From an uncultured Oscillospiraceae bacterium (GTDB lineage: Bacteria > Bacillota > Clostridia > Oscillospirales > Oscillospiraceae), in NCBI GenBank assembly GCA_947631865.1, contig CANRNF010000003.1:16595-80594 (forward strand): 64,000 nt of DNA. The letters run 5' to 3'. Below are positions 1 to 9,205 of this stretch, piece by piece. The translations under genes were made by a program, and so were the position numbers. Numbering within the stretch: the stretch's first letter is position 1; each line of letters starts with the position of its first letter. The notes beneath the pieces were generated by a model. It was not told where the DNA came from and made no database searches. It was given only the letters and a program-made list of their open reading frames with translations.

Positions 1-1
1 G

Positions 2-574
2 GTGGGGGCGCTGTTCGGGTCTGACGCAGTGTTTTACGCCACCATCCTGTGCATCCCCTTCAACCTGCTGGCATTCACCGTGGGCGTGGATATGCTGGCC
101 GGCGGGGGCAGGCGGGGGAAGATGTCCTGGCGGGACTTTGTGAACCCGGCCATGGTCTCCTCCGTGCTGGCCGTGATCATCACATTTTTGCCGGTGAAGT
201 GGCCCGGGCCCCTGACGGAGGCCGTATCCATCCTGGGCGATATGATACTGCCCCTGTCCATGATCATCATCGGCGCCACCCTGGGGGAGCAGAAGCTGTC
301 CCAGGTTTTTCTGGACTGGCGGGTATACCTGTTTGCCCCGGTGAAGCTGCTGCTGGCCCCGGCCCTGCTGTGGGCCGTGATGGGACTGTTCATAAAAGAC
401 AAGCTCCTGCTGGATACCATCACCGTCCTGGGCGGCATGCCCTGCGCGGCGGTGGCGGCCATGCTGTCCATCCAGTACGGGGCCGACGAACGGCTGGCCA
501 GCCGGGCGGTGGTGCTCACCACGGTGCTGAGCGTGGGGACCATCCCGCTGGTGTGCTGGCTGCTTCTAAGGTGA
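2..574 (+). CDS. AEC (auxin-efflux-carrier/malate-permease-like) family transporter, C-terminal fragment; 5' end outside window
   Basis: The frame is open from the window edge. It contains several hydrophobic TM-like segments and resembles the C-terminal half of AEC permeases. rsmA follows 3 nt later. Confidence 0.55.
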   Translation: MGALFGSDAVFYATILCIPFNLLAFTVGVDMLAGGGRRGKMSWRDFVNPAMVSSVLAVIITFLPVKWPGPLTEAVSILGDMILPLSMIIIGATLGEQKLSQVFLDWRVYLFAPVKLLLAPALLWAVMGLFIKDKLLLDTITVLGGMPCAAVAAMLSIQYGADERLASRAVVLTTVLSVGTIPLVCWLLLR

Positions 575-577
575 GCT

Positions 578-1426
578 ATGGACCTTTGCGACTACAACGA
601 GATGCGCGCCCTTCTGGCGGACGCGGGGTTCCGGTTTTCAAAAAGCAAGGGCCAGAACTTCCTCACCGCCCGCTGGGTGCCGGAGCGCATCGCCGGCGAG
701 GCGGACCTGGGGCCCGGCGACGGGGTGGTGGAGATCGGCCCCGGGGTGGGCTGCCTTACCGAACAGCTGGCCGCCCGAGCGGGCAAAGTGCTGGCCTACG
801 AGGTGGACGAGGCGCTGAAGCCCGTGCTGGCCAGAACGCTCCGAGGCCTTGACAACGTGGAGGTCCTGTTCGCCGACGTGATGGGCCGGGACCTGGCCGC
901 GGACACGGCGGAACTGCTGCCCGGGCTGCGGCACACGGTATGCGCCAATCTGCCCTACAGCATCACCACGCCGGTGTTGACGAAGCTGTATCAGGCGAAA
1001 TGCTTTGACGCTATAATAGTCATGGTGCAAAAAGAGGTGGCCCGGCGGATGTGCGCGGGGGCGGGGGACGGCGATTACGGCGCGTTCACCCTGCTGACCC
1101 AGTGGTATGCTGAGCCGGAGATGCTCTTTGATGTGGGGCCGGAGTGCTTCGTGCCACGGCCGAAGGTGCACAGCGCCGTGGTGAAGCTCACCATGCGCAA
1201 AACGCCCCCTGCGGACGTGGACGAGGCCGTCTTTTTCAAGGTGGTCCGGGCGGCCTTCAACATGCGGCGCAAGACGCTTTCCAACGCCTTGGACGGGCTA
1301 TGCGGCCGGGAGCGGGCCGCCGCGGCCATCGCACACTGCGGCTTTGACGGGAATATCCGCGGCGAAGCACTGAGTTTGGCGCAGTTCGCCGCGCTCACAA
1401 ACGAGATATATTCGAGGGACCTATAA
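578..1426 (+). CDS. rsmA: 16S rRNA (adenine1518/adenine1519-N6)-dimethyltransferase RsmA/KsgA
   Basis: 282 aa with the GQNFL motif, SAM-binding EIGPGVGCLT and the NLPY motif. Confidence 0.92.
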   Translation: MDLCDYNEMRALLADAGFRFSKSKGQNFLTARWVPERIAGEADLGPGDGVVEIGPGVGCLTEQLAARAGKVLAYEVDEALKPVLARTLRGLDNVEVLFADVMGRDLAADTAELLPGLRHTVCANLPYSITTPVLTKLYQAKCFDAIIVMVQKEVARRMCAGAGDGDYGAFTLLTQWYAEPEMLFDVGPECFVPRPKVHSAVVKLTMRKTPPADVDEAVFFKVVRAAFNMRRKTLSNALDGLCGRERAAAAIAHCGFDGNIRGEALSLAQFAALTNEIYSRDL

Positions 1427-1439
1427 GGAGGATGGACAA

Positions 1440-3206
1440 ATGGCATTGACGACCAACAAGCACGTATTGGACTGGGTGCAGCGGTGCGCCGACCTGTGCA
1501 AGCCGGACGAGGTGGTCTGGCTAACCGGGGAAGAGGACGAATTGGAGGCCCTGCGGAAGCAGGCCGTGGAGGAGGGCATCCTCATCAAGCTCAACGAGGA
1601 GAAGCTCCCCGGCTGTTACTATCACCGCAGCGACCCCAACGATGTGGCCAGGGTGGAGGGGCGCACCTTCATCTGCTGCCCCAAACAGGAGGACGCCGGC
1701 CCCACCAACAACTGGATGGACCCGGACGAGATGAAGGAAAAGCTGCGCAAGATCTACAACGGCTCCATGGTGGGCCGGAAGATGTACGTGGTGCCCTATT
1801 CCATGTCCGTGATGGGCTCCCCCTTCGCCAAATACGGCTTTGAGCTGACCGACAGTATCTACGTGGTGCTCAACATGGCCATCATGACCCGCATGGGCAA
1901 GGAGGTCTATGACTACCTGGGCGACAGCCCCGACTTCATCAAGGGCCTGCACGCCTCCGCCGACATGGACCCGGAGAACCGGTACATCGCCCACTTCCCA
2001 CAGGAAAACTACATCATGACCGTGAACTCCGCCTACGGCGGCAACGCCCTGCAGGGGAAGAAGTGCTTCGCCCTGCGCATCGCATCCAACCTGGGCCGGG
2101 CTGAGGGGTGGCTTGCCGAGCACATGCTCATCCTGGGCATCGAAGACCCCAAGGGGGAGGTCACCTATGTCTGCGCCGCGTTCCCCTCCGCCTGCGGCAA
2201 GACCAATCTGGCCATGCTCATCCCGCCGGAGAGCTACCGGAAGAAGGGCTGGAAGTGCTGGACCGTGGGGGACGACATCGCCTGGCTGCGGCCTGGCCCC
2301 GACGGGCGGCTGTGGGCCGTGAACCCGGAGAACGGCTTCTTCGGCGTGGCTCCCGGCACCAGCATGAAATCCAACCCCAACGCCCTGGAGAGCACCAAAA
2401 AGAACACCATCTTCACCAACGTGGTCCTCAAGCCCGACGGCACCGTCTGGTGGGAGGGCATGGACAAGAACCCGCCCACGGATGCCCTGGACTGGAAGGG
2501 CAATCCCTGGGATCCCGCCAGCGGCGTGAAGGGGGCCCATCCCAACTCCCGCTTTACCGCCCCCGCCAAGAACTGCCCCTGTGTCAGCCCCAAGTTCGAC
2601 GACCCCCAGGGCGTGCCTATCTCCGCCATCATCTTCGGCGGCCGCCGGGCCCACACCGTGCCCCTGGTGTACCAGTCGAAGAGCTGGGCCCACGGCGTGT
2701 TCACCGGCTCCATCATGGGCTCGGAGAAGACCGCCGCCGCTGAGGGCCAGGTGGGCGAGCTGCGCCGGGACCCCATGGCCATGCTGCCCTTCTGCGGCTA
2801 CCATATGGCCGACTACTGGCAGCACTGGCTGGACATGGAGAGCAAAATATCCAATCCGCCGAAAATTTTCAACGTCAACTGGTTTCGCATGGACGATCAG
2901 GGCAATTTCATGTGGCCCGGCTTCGGCGAGAACCTGCGGGCCCTGGAGTGGGTCCTGGGCCGCTGCAACGGCACCGCCGGCGCTCAGGAGACCCCGCTTG
3001 GGTATCTGCCCCGGCCGGAGGACATCGACCTGACCGGCCTGGAGGACGAGGTGAGCCCCGAGACCTTGAAGGCCCTGCTCACCGTGGACCCCGCCGACTG
3101 GAAGGAAGAGGTGGAGCTCATCAAGGTCCACTATGCCAAGTTCGGCGACAGGCTGCCCCAAGCCCTCAAGGACTGCCTGGCCGATCTGGAGGCCTGGGTG
3201 GGCTGA
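1440..3206 (+). CDS. pckG: GTP-dependent phosphoenolpyruvate carboxykinase
   Basis: 588 aa with the P-loop FPSACGKTNLAM, colinear with PEPCK-GTP enzymes. SD AAGGAGG lies upstream. Confidence 0.92.
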   Translation: MALTTNKHVLDWVQRCADLCKPDEVVWLTGEEDELEALRKQAVEEGILIKLNEEKLPGCYYHRSDPNDVARVEGRTFICCPKQEDAGPTNNWMDPDEMKEKLRKIYNGSMVGRKMYVVPYSMSVMGSPFAKYGFELTDSIYVVLNMAIMTRMGKEVYDYLGDSPDFIKGLHASADMDPENRYIAHFPQENYIMTVNSAYGGNALQGKKCFALRIASNLGRAEGWLAEHMLILGIEDPKGEVTYVCAAFPSACGKTNLAMLIPPESYRKKGWKCWTVGDDIAWLRPGPDGRLWAVNPENGFFGVAPGTSMKSNPNALESTKKNTIFTNVVLKPDGTVWWEGMDKNPPTDALDWKGNPWDPASGVKGAHPNSRFTAPAKNCPCVSPKFDDPQGVPISAIIFGGRRAHTVPLVYQSKSWAHGVFTGSIMGSEKTAAAEGQVGELRRDPMAMLPFCGYHMADYWQHWLDMESKISNPPKIFNVNWFRMDDQGNFMWPGFGENLRALEWVLGRCNGTAGAQETPLGYLPRPEDIDLTGLEDEVSPETLKALLTVDPADWKEEVELIKVHYAKFGDRLPQALKDCLADLEAWVG

Positions 3207-3242
3207 GAAAAGCAAGTTCACTTTCTTAACAATAAAGAAAAG

Positions 3243-3272
3243 CCCCGTGACCGCAATGGTCACGGGGTTTAT
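3243..3272 (+). terminator. Rho-independent terminator after PEPCK gene
   Basis: Stem CCCCGTGACC/GGTCACGGGG with a 5-nt loop, followed by TTTAT. Confidence 0.7.
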
Positions 3273-3561
3273 ACCTGGGCTCCTGTGGGAAAAAGGAGAA
3301 TCAAAGTGTTCTCCCGTATCCCGAAACAGGTTGGCAGCGAAACAAAGCCGCGGCGAGGGCGCTTGCAACTGAGCCGGCGACTTGAGCGTGACCTGTTTCG
3401 GAAAAGAAGAAAGGCCTCTGACCGATGGAGGAGCCTCGCTTGCGAGGATCTGACATCTTCAGAGGTCTTTCGGCGTGGTGGGGGTGTTCTTATAGGATCT
3501 CGTAAGAAATTCCCTATTTTCAAGGGCTTGCGGGCAGGCACACAGCGATATTTACCGATTA

Positions 3562-3855
3562 TCAGCCCACATTCTCCGCCAGAATGCCCTCTTCATAGAG
3601 AGCCTCCGGGGCGATATCTATATCCCCGTCGCACCACACTGCCGTGCCATAGTCGATATAAACGCCTTTAAACACGTCCATATCCGCCAGCGGCGCAAAG
3701 GCAGGCATTTTCAGCAAGGGCTTAAAGTCGAACACTTTTGCCTCGCCTGTGCTGAACCGGACCCACAGCTGGTGATCGTCCATTGGCCGGACGCCGGATA
3801 CGCTCACTGTATGCGAGGGCACACCAGCATAGGCGATCCCATCCATAATATACAT
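3562..3855 (-). CDS. DUF2442-like small protein
   Basis: 97 aa. SD AAGGAG lies 6 nt upstream. It is paired with a DUF4160-like gene, an arrangement typical of this two-gene cassette. Confidence 0.55.
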   Translation of the reverse strand: MYIMDGIAYAGVPSHTVSVSGVRPMDDHQLWVRFSTGEAKVFDFKPLLKMPAFAPLADMDVFKGVYIDYGTAVWCDGDIDIAPEALYEEGILAENVG

Positions 3856-3866
3856 ATCGATCTCCT

Positions 3867-4133
3867 TTACTGCAGCGGCGCTATCTTGCCAAACGGGATA
3901 CCGCGTACCGCGTTGTTCCAGGCGGCATAGAGTTCATCCTCGTGGATAGCTGCCCATGCCTGAACAAGTTTGAGCTGCTTCACGGGCAAACTGCCAGCCA
4001 GAAGCTCCCCATCTATACCAACAGACGCCTCATATTCCGCGTACAACACATGAAAGTGAGGCTTGTTGTGCTGTCCGTCGTCCATGTAGATCATCTTGAT
4101 GACAATGTTGTAGAACCGGCAGAGCTCTGGCAT
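3867..4133 (-). CDS. DUF4160-like small protein
   Basis: The sequence MPELCRFYNIVIKMIYMDDGQHNKPHFHV matches the DUF4160 N-terminal signature. ATG at 4133 follows SD AGAGGTGG. The track ORF starts 3 codons earlier at a GTG. Confidence 0.6.
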   Translation of the reverse strand: MPELCRFYNIVIKMIYMDDGQHNKPHFHVLYAEYEASVGIDGELLAGSLPVKQLKLVQAWAAIHEDELYAAWNNAVRGIPFGKIAPLQ

Positions 4134-4250
4134 CACGACCACCTCTTTGATTTATATCCTGCCGCAGTATTGCCGTTTTCCCAGATATCGTATAAGCCAG
4201 ATGAACCGATTATAAGGTAAATGCCCGGGAACTGTAAGTTCCCGGGCATT

Positions 4251-4339
4251 TGGTGCGCGAGGCGGGAGTTGAACCCGCACGCCCGAAATGAGCACTAGAA
4301 CCTGAATCTAGCGAGTCTGCCAATTCCACCACTCGCGCA
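4251..4339 (-). tRNA. tRNA-Leu, anticodon CAG, CCA encoded
   Basis: The reverse complement folds as a cloverleaf. The acceptor stem is TGCGCGA/TCGCGCA and the anticodon stem CTAGA/TCTAG carries loop TTCAGGT. There is a long variable arm and a T-arm GCGGG-TTCAACT-CCCGC. Confidence 0.93.
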
Positions 4340-4564
4340 TATATCTGGGGCGCTTTCCTGAGCGCCCAGTAATAATACCATCAATTCAGGGGATTGTCAA
4401 TCAAAATTTGCGATTTTTCCGTTTTTGGTGGCGCATCGGAAAAGCGCGGGGACATATCCTTGCCGGCCGGGTGACGAAGACGCTCCTGATAAGGCGGGGC
4501 AGACTCTGTCAGTGGACCGACAGCCCATGGATGGGGCCTTTTCTCCAGCGGCGCGGATAGCGAG

Positions 4565-4632
4565 AAAGTCAGGTTTGGTTTCGTAAAAGTCAGTGCGCAC
4601 CCGTTGCGGAAAGCAGACTGGCATAGTAAAAT
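4565..4632 (+). promoter_or_regulatory. LytTR-type direct-repeat box R1 plus -10 (TAAAAT) upstream of M13 peptidase 1
   Basis: AAAGTCAG occurs at 4565-4572 and again at 4586-4593, a 21-bp phasing. TAAAAT lies 33 nt downstream of the second repeat. Confidence 0.6.
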
Positions 4633-4681
4633 GATCACAGTAGGGCGGCGGCCATCCGCTGCAGAAGGGAGAACATAGATC

Positions 4682-6700
4682 ATGAGAGCAAAGCGCATAC
4701 TGTCCCTTGTCCTGGCGCTGGTGATGGCGCTGGGGTGCAGCGGTACGGCTTTCGCCGCGGAGGAGGACGACGGCGTCCTGAACTTTTTGCCGGAGACCAA
4801 GCCCGCGCCGGAGGACGACCTGTACGGGTATGTGAACTTCGACATCCTGCAGGGCAAGGAGATACCGGTGGGCCATTCCTCCTGGGATGGGTTCACTGAA
4901 AACGACCTGGAGATCACTGAAGAACTCAACGCGATGCTGGACGAGTATGTGGCCAACGCCAGGACCTACGAGAAGGGGACGCCGGAGCAGAAGATCGCGG
5001 ACCTGTACCTGTCCTATGTGGACGAGGAAAGCCGCAACGCCACCGGCATCGAGCCCCTGCGGCCCTATCTGGACGCCATCAATAACGCCGGGACCGTTCA
5101 GGAGTATGTGGAGGCCATCGCCACGCTGGACGGAGAGCTGGGCTATGGAAGCCTGCTGTCCACCAGCATGGAAACGGACCTTTACGATTCCACCCGCTAC
5201 GCCGCTATTATAAGACAGGCGGACCTGGGACTGGGAAAGGCATACCTGGAGGACGAGAGCATGTCCTCCTACTGGGATATCTATAAGACCTTGGTCACGA
5301 AGCTGTTCGTGCTGTACGGCCTGAGCGAAGAGGAGGCCGCCGAAAAGGCCGGGGACGTCTTCACCCTGCAGACAAAGCTGGCCGCGTCCACGCTGTCCGA
5401 GGCGGAACTGTACGACTATTCCAAGTCGTACCAGCCCAAAAGCCTGGACGAGGTGGCCGCGCTGCTGCCCACCGTCGATATGGGGCCGGTGCTGGAGGCC
5501 TTCGGGCTGAGCGGGACAGAGCGGTTCCTGGTGATGGACGTGGGGCAGCTGGAGGCCGTCGGCCAGGTGCTCACGGAGGAGAACCTGCAGCTTTTGAAGG
5601 ATTTCTCCACCGCCACGCTGCTGAAGGATATGGCATCTTACCTTAGCATGGACTACCGGCAGGCAAAGCAGGATTACTCCTCAGCCCTGAATGGCGTCAC
5701 TCCCAAGGAACTGTCGGAGGCGGCCAAGGACTCGGTGGAGTCGAACCTGAAATGGGAGTTTGCCAAGCTCTACGTGGAGAAATACTTCCCCGAGGAGAGC
5801 AAGCAGGAGGTCCTGGATATCGTCGATGAGATCGTGGCCTGGTTCTACGGGCGCATCGACGAGCTGGACTGGATGGGCGATGAGACGAAGGCGGCCGCCA
5901 AGAAGAAGCTGGACACCCTGACGGTGAAGATCGGCTACCCCGATAGCTATGATTTCGTGGCGTATCTGGATGATGTGGAGTATGTCTCCCCGGCGGACGG
6001 CGGCAGCCTCATCGAGAACAAGATGGCTCAGTGGCGTACCGAGGCTGCGTTCAGCCACAGCCAGGTGGGCCAGGAGGTGGACAAGTCCGCCTGGGGCATG
6101 ACGCCTCAGACCGTGAACGCCTACTATGACCCCGCCGCCAACGAGATCGTATTCCCCGCGGGAATCCTCCGGGGCGTGTTCTTCGATCCGGACGCCAGCC
6201 GGGCGGCCCATCTGGGCTCCATCGGCGCGGTCATAGGCCATGAGCTGACCCATGCCTTCGACAGCTCCGGCGCCCAGTTTGACGAGAACGGCAACCTGAA
6301 TATGTGGTGGACCGAGGAGGACTACGCCAACTTCACGGCTCTGCAGCAGAAGGTCATCGACTACTATGACGCTTTTGAGGTGATGGACGGCGTCACTGTC
6401 AACGGCGAACTGACCCTTGGGGAGAACATCGCCGACCTGGGCGCGGTGCACTGCGTTACGGAGCTGTGCGGGGACGACCCGGAGGCCCTGCGGGAGCTGT
6501 TCACCGCCTGGGCCAGGTCTTGGGTCCTCGTGGAGACCCGCGAGAAATTTGATAAGCTGATCCGCACGGACGTCCATTCCCCCAAGGTGGCCCGCGTCAA
6601 CGCGGTGGTCAGCGCCACCGACGCCTTCTATACGGCCTATGACGTGCAGGAGGGCGACGGCATGTACGTGGCCCCTGCCGACCGGGTGGGCATCTGGTAA
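4682..6700 (+). CDS. M13 family zinc metallopeptidase (PepO/neprilysin-like) lipoprotein, copy 1
   Basis: 672 aa with lipobox MALGC, HELTHAF (HExxH) and GENIADLG (ExxxD). Confidence 0.88.
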   Translation: MRAKRILSLVLALVMALGCSGTAFAAEEDDGVLNFLPETKPAPEDDLYGYVNFDILQGKEIPVGHSSWDGFTENDLEITEELNAMLDEYVANARTYEKGTPEQKIADLYLSYVDEESRNATGIEPLRPYLDAINNAGTVQEYVEAIATLDGELGYGSLLSTSMETDLYDSTRYAAIIRQADLGLGKAYLEDESMSSYWDIYKTLVTKLFVLYGLSEEEAAEKAGDVFTLQTKLAASTLSEAELYDYSKSYQPKSLDEVAALLPTVDMGPVLEAFGLSGTERFLVMDVGQLEAVGQVLTEENLQLLKDFSTATLLKDMASYLSMDYRQAKQDYSSALNGVTPKELSEAAKDSVESNLKWEFAKLYVEKYFPEESKQEVLDIVDEIVAWFYGRIDELDWMGDETKAAAKKKLDTLTVKIGYPDSYDFVAYLDDVEYVSPADGGSLIENKMAQWRTEAAFSHSQVGQEVDKSAWGMTPQTVNAYYDPAANEIVFPAGILRGVFFDPDASRAAHLGSIGAVIGHELTHAFDSSGAQFDENGNLNMWWTEEDYANFTALQQKVIDYYDAFEVMDGVTVNGELTLGENIADLGAVHCVTELCGDDPEALRELFTAWARSWVLVETREKFDKLIRTDVHSPKVARVNAVVSATDAFYTAYDVQEGDGMYVAPADRVGIW

Positions 6701-6721
6701 AGGCAGGAGAACTTTCATCGG

Positions 6722-6757
6722 AAGAGGCCATTCCTGTACGGGGACGGCCTCTTTTCG
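6722..6757 (+). terminator. Rho-independent terminator after M13 peptidase 1
   Basis: Stem AAGAGGCC/GGCCTCTT followed by a T-run. A near-identical structure follows copy 2. Confidence 0.6.
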
Positions 6758-6780
6758 CCCGGGCCGGATGGGGATCGCGT

Positions 6781-6849
6781 AAAAGTCAGGTTTGATTACG
6801 AAAATGTCGGCCCTGCCGCATTGAGAAACTCCGTCGGGTATGATAAAAT
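6781..6849 (+). promoter_or_regulatory. LytTR-type direct-repeat box R2 plus -10 upstream of the response regulator/kinase operon
   Basis: AAAAGTCAG at 6781-6789 and AAAATGTCGG at 6801-6810; the GTCAG/GTCGG cores are 21 bp apart. TAAAAT at 6844-6849 lies 33 nt after the second repeat. Confidence 0.6.
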
Positions 6850-6975
6850 TAACTTGGAGAGATGTTTTGAAGAGAACGGTGTGTATGTGCGGCCGGTTCA
6901 TTGATCCTTTATGGCCCTAATGGAGCGCAGGTGGTATTCATTAGGACATAAGGCCCGCTGTGAGGAGGTATGTCT

Positions 6976-7707
6976 ATGCGGATCGCGGTCTGCGACGATG
7001 ACCTGCGGGAGATGGAACAATTTGAGGACGCCCTGCAGGGATGGGACCCGACCAGGAAAGCGGAGAAGTTTATGGACGGCGCTTCGCTGCTGGAGGCGGC
7101 CAAAGACGTACCCGGCTTCGATATCGTGTTTTTGGACATCTACATGCCAGGAGAAAACGGCGTTGACATCGCGAAGCGGCTGCGGGAGATATCGCCTGAG
7201 ACGGGTATCGCCTTCGTCACCACCAGCACGGAGCACGCGGTGGAGGCGTTTTCCCTGCACGCGCTGCATTATCTTGTCAAGCCGGTGACGACCAGGGGCG
7301 TGGTGGAGGCCTTCCGGCGGCTGACGGAGATCCGGAAAAGTCAGCGGGAGCGGATATCGTTCGCTGTCGGCACGAACCGGATCACGGTGTTTCTGGATCA
7401 AATCTGCCTGCTTGAAAACGACAACCATGTGGTGAACGTCTCCCTGTCCGACGGACGGCGGCTGAAGGTATGGATGAGCTTTGGCGAGCTGGAGCGAAAG
7501 CTGAGCGGGAGCTTTTTGCGTATCAACCGGGGGATCATCGTCAATATGGACTATATCGCCCAAATGGGGGCTGACACCTGTACCCTGCGGGACGGGAGCC
7601 GGCTGCCCATCGCCGTACGGCAGAGCGCTGCCATCCGCGCGGCCTATGACGACTATGTGTTCGACCAGCTCTCCCGGCGAAAGAGCTTTTCGGAGGTACA
7701 GCCATGA
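6976..7707 (+). CDS. LytTR-family (AgrA/ComE-like) response regulator
   Basis: The receiver domain shows CDDD, FLDIYMPGENG and LVKP. A C-terminal LytTR DNA-binding domain follows. ATG 6976 lies 7 nt after GAGGAGG; an alternative ATG is at 6970. Confidence 0.88.
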   Translation: MRIAVCDDDLREMEQFEDALQGWDPTRKAEKFMDGASLLEAAKDVPGFDIVFLDIYMPGENGVDIAKRLREISPETGIAFVTTSTEHAVEAFSLHALHYLVKPVTTRGVVEAFRRLTEIRKSQRERISFAVGTNRITVFLDQICLLENDNHVVNVSLSDGRRLKVWMSFGELERKLSGSFLRINRGIIVNMDYIAQMGADTCTLRDGSRLPIAVRQSAAIRAAYDDYVFDQLSRRKSFSEVQP

Positions 7708-9089
7708 GCGTGGGCGTGTATCTGCGTAACGCGGCAGGCTTCTTTCTCGAGATATTCCCCTGCGTGATGTTGGTCTTCCTGCCCTTTTCGGAGGAGTCGT
7801 TCCGCTTTCACAGAAAGCGCGTCCTTCTCGGGGAGGCGGCCGCGGTAACGGTGCTGTCGGCTCTGTTCCCGGCGGCGATGTACGCCGCGGCGCAGCGGGA
7901 CATGGCGGTGGCCGCCAATATCTTCATGGGCGCCGTCATATTGCTCACGCTCATCGCGCAGGGCTGGCTGATACGGGAGGCCCCGATCAAGAAGACCATG
8001 GCCGTGTTCGCGGTGGTATTTTACGGCGTGACACAGTACTGGCTGGTGAACATGCTGATCGGCGCCGTGTCCGGGCTGGTCCCGCTGTCTCAGGAACTGG
8101 AGAACTGGTCGGTATATTCCCCCTGCGGGCTGGCGATGTACGCGGTCACGACGGTGATCCTGCTGCCGCTGATGCTCCTTCTGGTGATCCAGCCGCTGAG
8201 CGAGTATCTCCAGGAGATAGAGACAAAAAAGATGCGCCAGGAGTTCTTTATCCTGGCGGCGACCACGGTGGTATTCCTTCTGCTGGTCATGGCGGCTGAC
8301 ATCAGCTACTATCGTGTGGGGTACCGGGCGTATCACCGGGAACTGCCCCAGCTTCTGGTGGCGCTGATGGACCAGCTGGCCATCTATTGGCTGATCTTCC
8401 GGGAGTCCGTGTGGCGCAAACGGGACAGCGACCACCAGCGGGCTCTGGAGATACAGCAGCTCCAATATGAAAAGATCGTCAGCGATATGGAGAACACCCG
8501 GCGGATGAGCCATGACCTGCGCCACCACTACAGCTCTCTGAACGAGATGCTTCAGGACGGCAGGCTGGATGAGATGAAGCGCTATCTCTCCCAGGTGCTG
8601 GACGACAACGCCAAGCGGATGAACGAGGTCTACTGTGAGGACATGGCGGTCAACGGGCTTTTGCAGTACTACGCGGGCGTCGCCCGGGCGGAGGGGATAC
8701 GCTGCGACATCCAGGCCCAGTGCGACAACGTGACCATCGCCCCCACGGATCTGACGGTGGTGTTCGGCAACGCCATGGAAAACGCCGTCAACGCCTGCCG
8801 GAAGTGCGGCCAGGACCGGTGGATCCTCGTGCGCGTCGGCACGGTGCAGGGTTCGCTGGCCATCGAGATATCCAACGCCTGCAGCGGCGTGTGCATCAGC
8901 CGCCGGGAGCAGACCGAGGATGGCTTCCTGCCCGCGGAGGCGTTTTTGAGTGAGCGGGCCAACGGCGGGTACGGCCTGCGCAGTATCGCCCAGACCGCCC
9001 AGAAATACGGCGGCAGCGCCAGGTTCCGGTATGACGCCGGGGAGGATACGTTCACATCCCGTATCCGGTTGAATATGCCCACGGAATGA
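7704..9089 (+). CDS. AgrC/ComD-like (HPK10-type) membrane sensor histidine kinase
   Basis: 461 aa with about 6 N-terminal TM segments. It has an H-box SHDLRHH, an N-box FGNAMENAVNA and a G-box GGYGLRSI. An ATGA overlap couples it to the regulator gene. Confidence 0.85.
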   Translation: MSVGVYLRNAAGFFLEIFPCVMLVFLPFSEESFRFHRKRVLLGEAAAVTVLSALFPAAMYAAAQRDMAVAANIFMGAVILLTLIAQGWLIREAPIKKTMAVFAVVFYGVTQYWLVNMLIGAVSGLVPLSQELENWSVYSPCGLAMYAVTTVILLPLMLLLVIQPLSEYLQEIETKKMRQEFFILAATTVVFLLLVMAADISYYRVGYRAYHRELPQLLVALMDQLAIYWLIFRESVWRKRDSDHQRALEIQQLQYEKIVSDMENTRRMSHDLRHHYSSLNEMLQDGRLDEMKRYLSQVLDDNAKRMNEVYCEDMAVNGLLQYYAGVARAEGIRCDIQAQCDNVTIAPTDLTVVFGNAMENAVNACRKCGQDRWILVRVGTVQGSLAIEISNACSGVCISRREQTEDGFLPAEAFLSERANGGYGLRSIAQTAQKYGGSARFRYDAGEDTFTSRIRLNMPTE

Positions 9090-9115
9090 GCGCTAAAAAA
9101 TTTTTTCGCAGGTGT

Positions 9116-9152
9116 CGGCCCTTTCGCCGCGCTGGATCGTATAAAGAGACAG
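9116..9152 (+). promoter_or_regulatory. Conserved bipartite promoter-like element P1 (CGGCCCTTT-N13-CGTATAAAGAGACAG)
   Basis: One of five copies with an invariant 13-nt spacer and an upstream A/T tract. It lies 68 nt upstream of the A1 start. Confidence 0.55.
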
Positions 9153-9205
9153 CACGGCAGTTCGGAGCCGTAAAATAAACACCAATTTTTAAGGAGGAAA
9201 AAACC

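Noticed and set aside
1521-3368. 615-aa ORF antisense to the PEPCK gene
   Set aside because: It lies opposite a gene with unmistakable family motifs. Its Arg/Gly/His/Pro/Ala-rich, low-complexity translation is typical of open antisense frames in high-GC DNA. It has no SD.
3285-3671. 128-aa and 90-aa ORFs in the PEPCK-DUF2442 intergenic region
   Set aside because: They have no SD and Arg-rich improbable composition, and they overlap strong RNA stems. The region is treated as non-coding.
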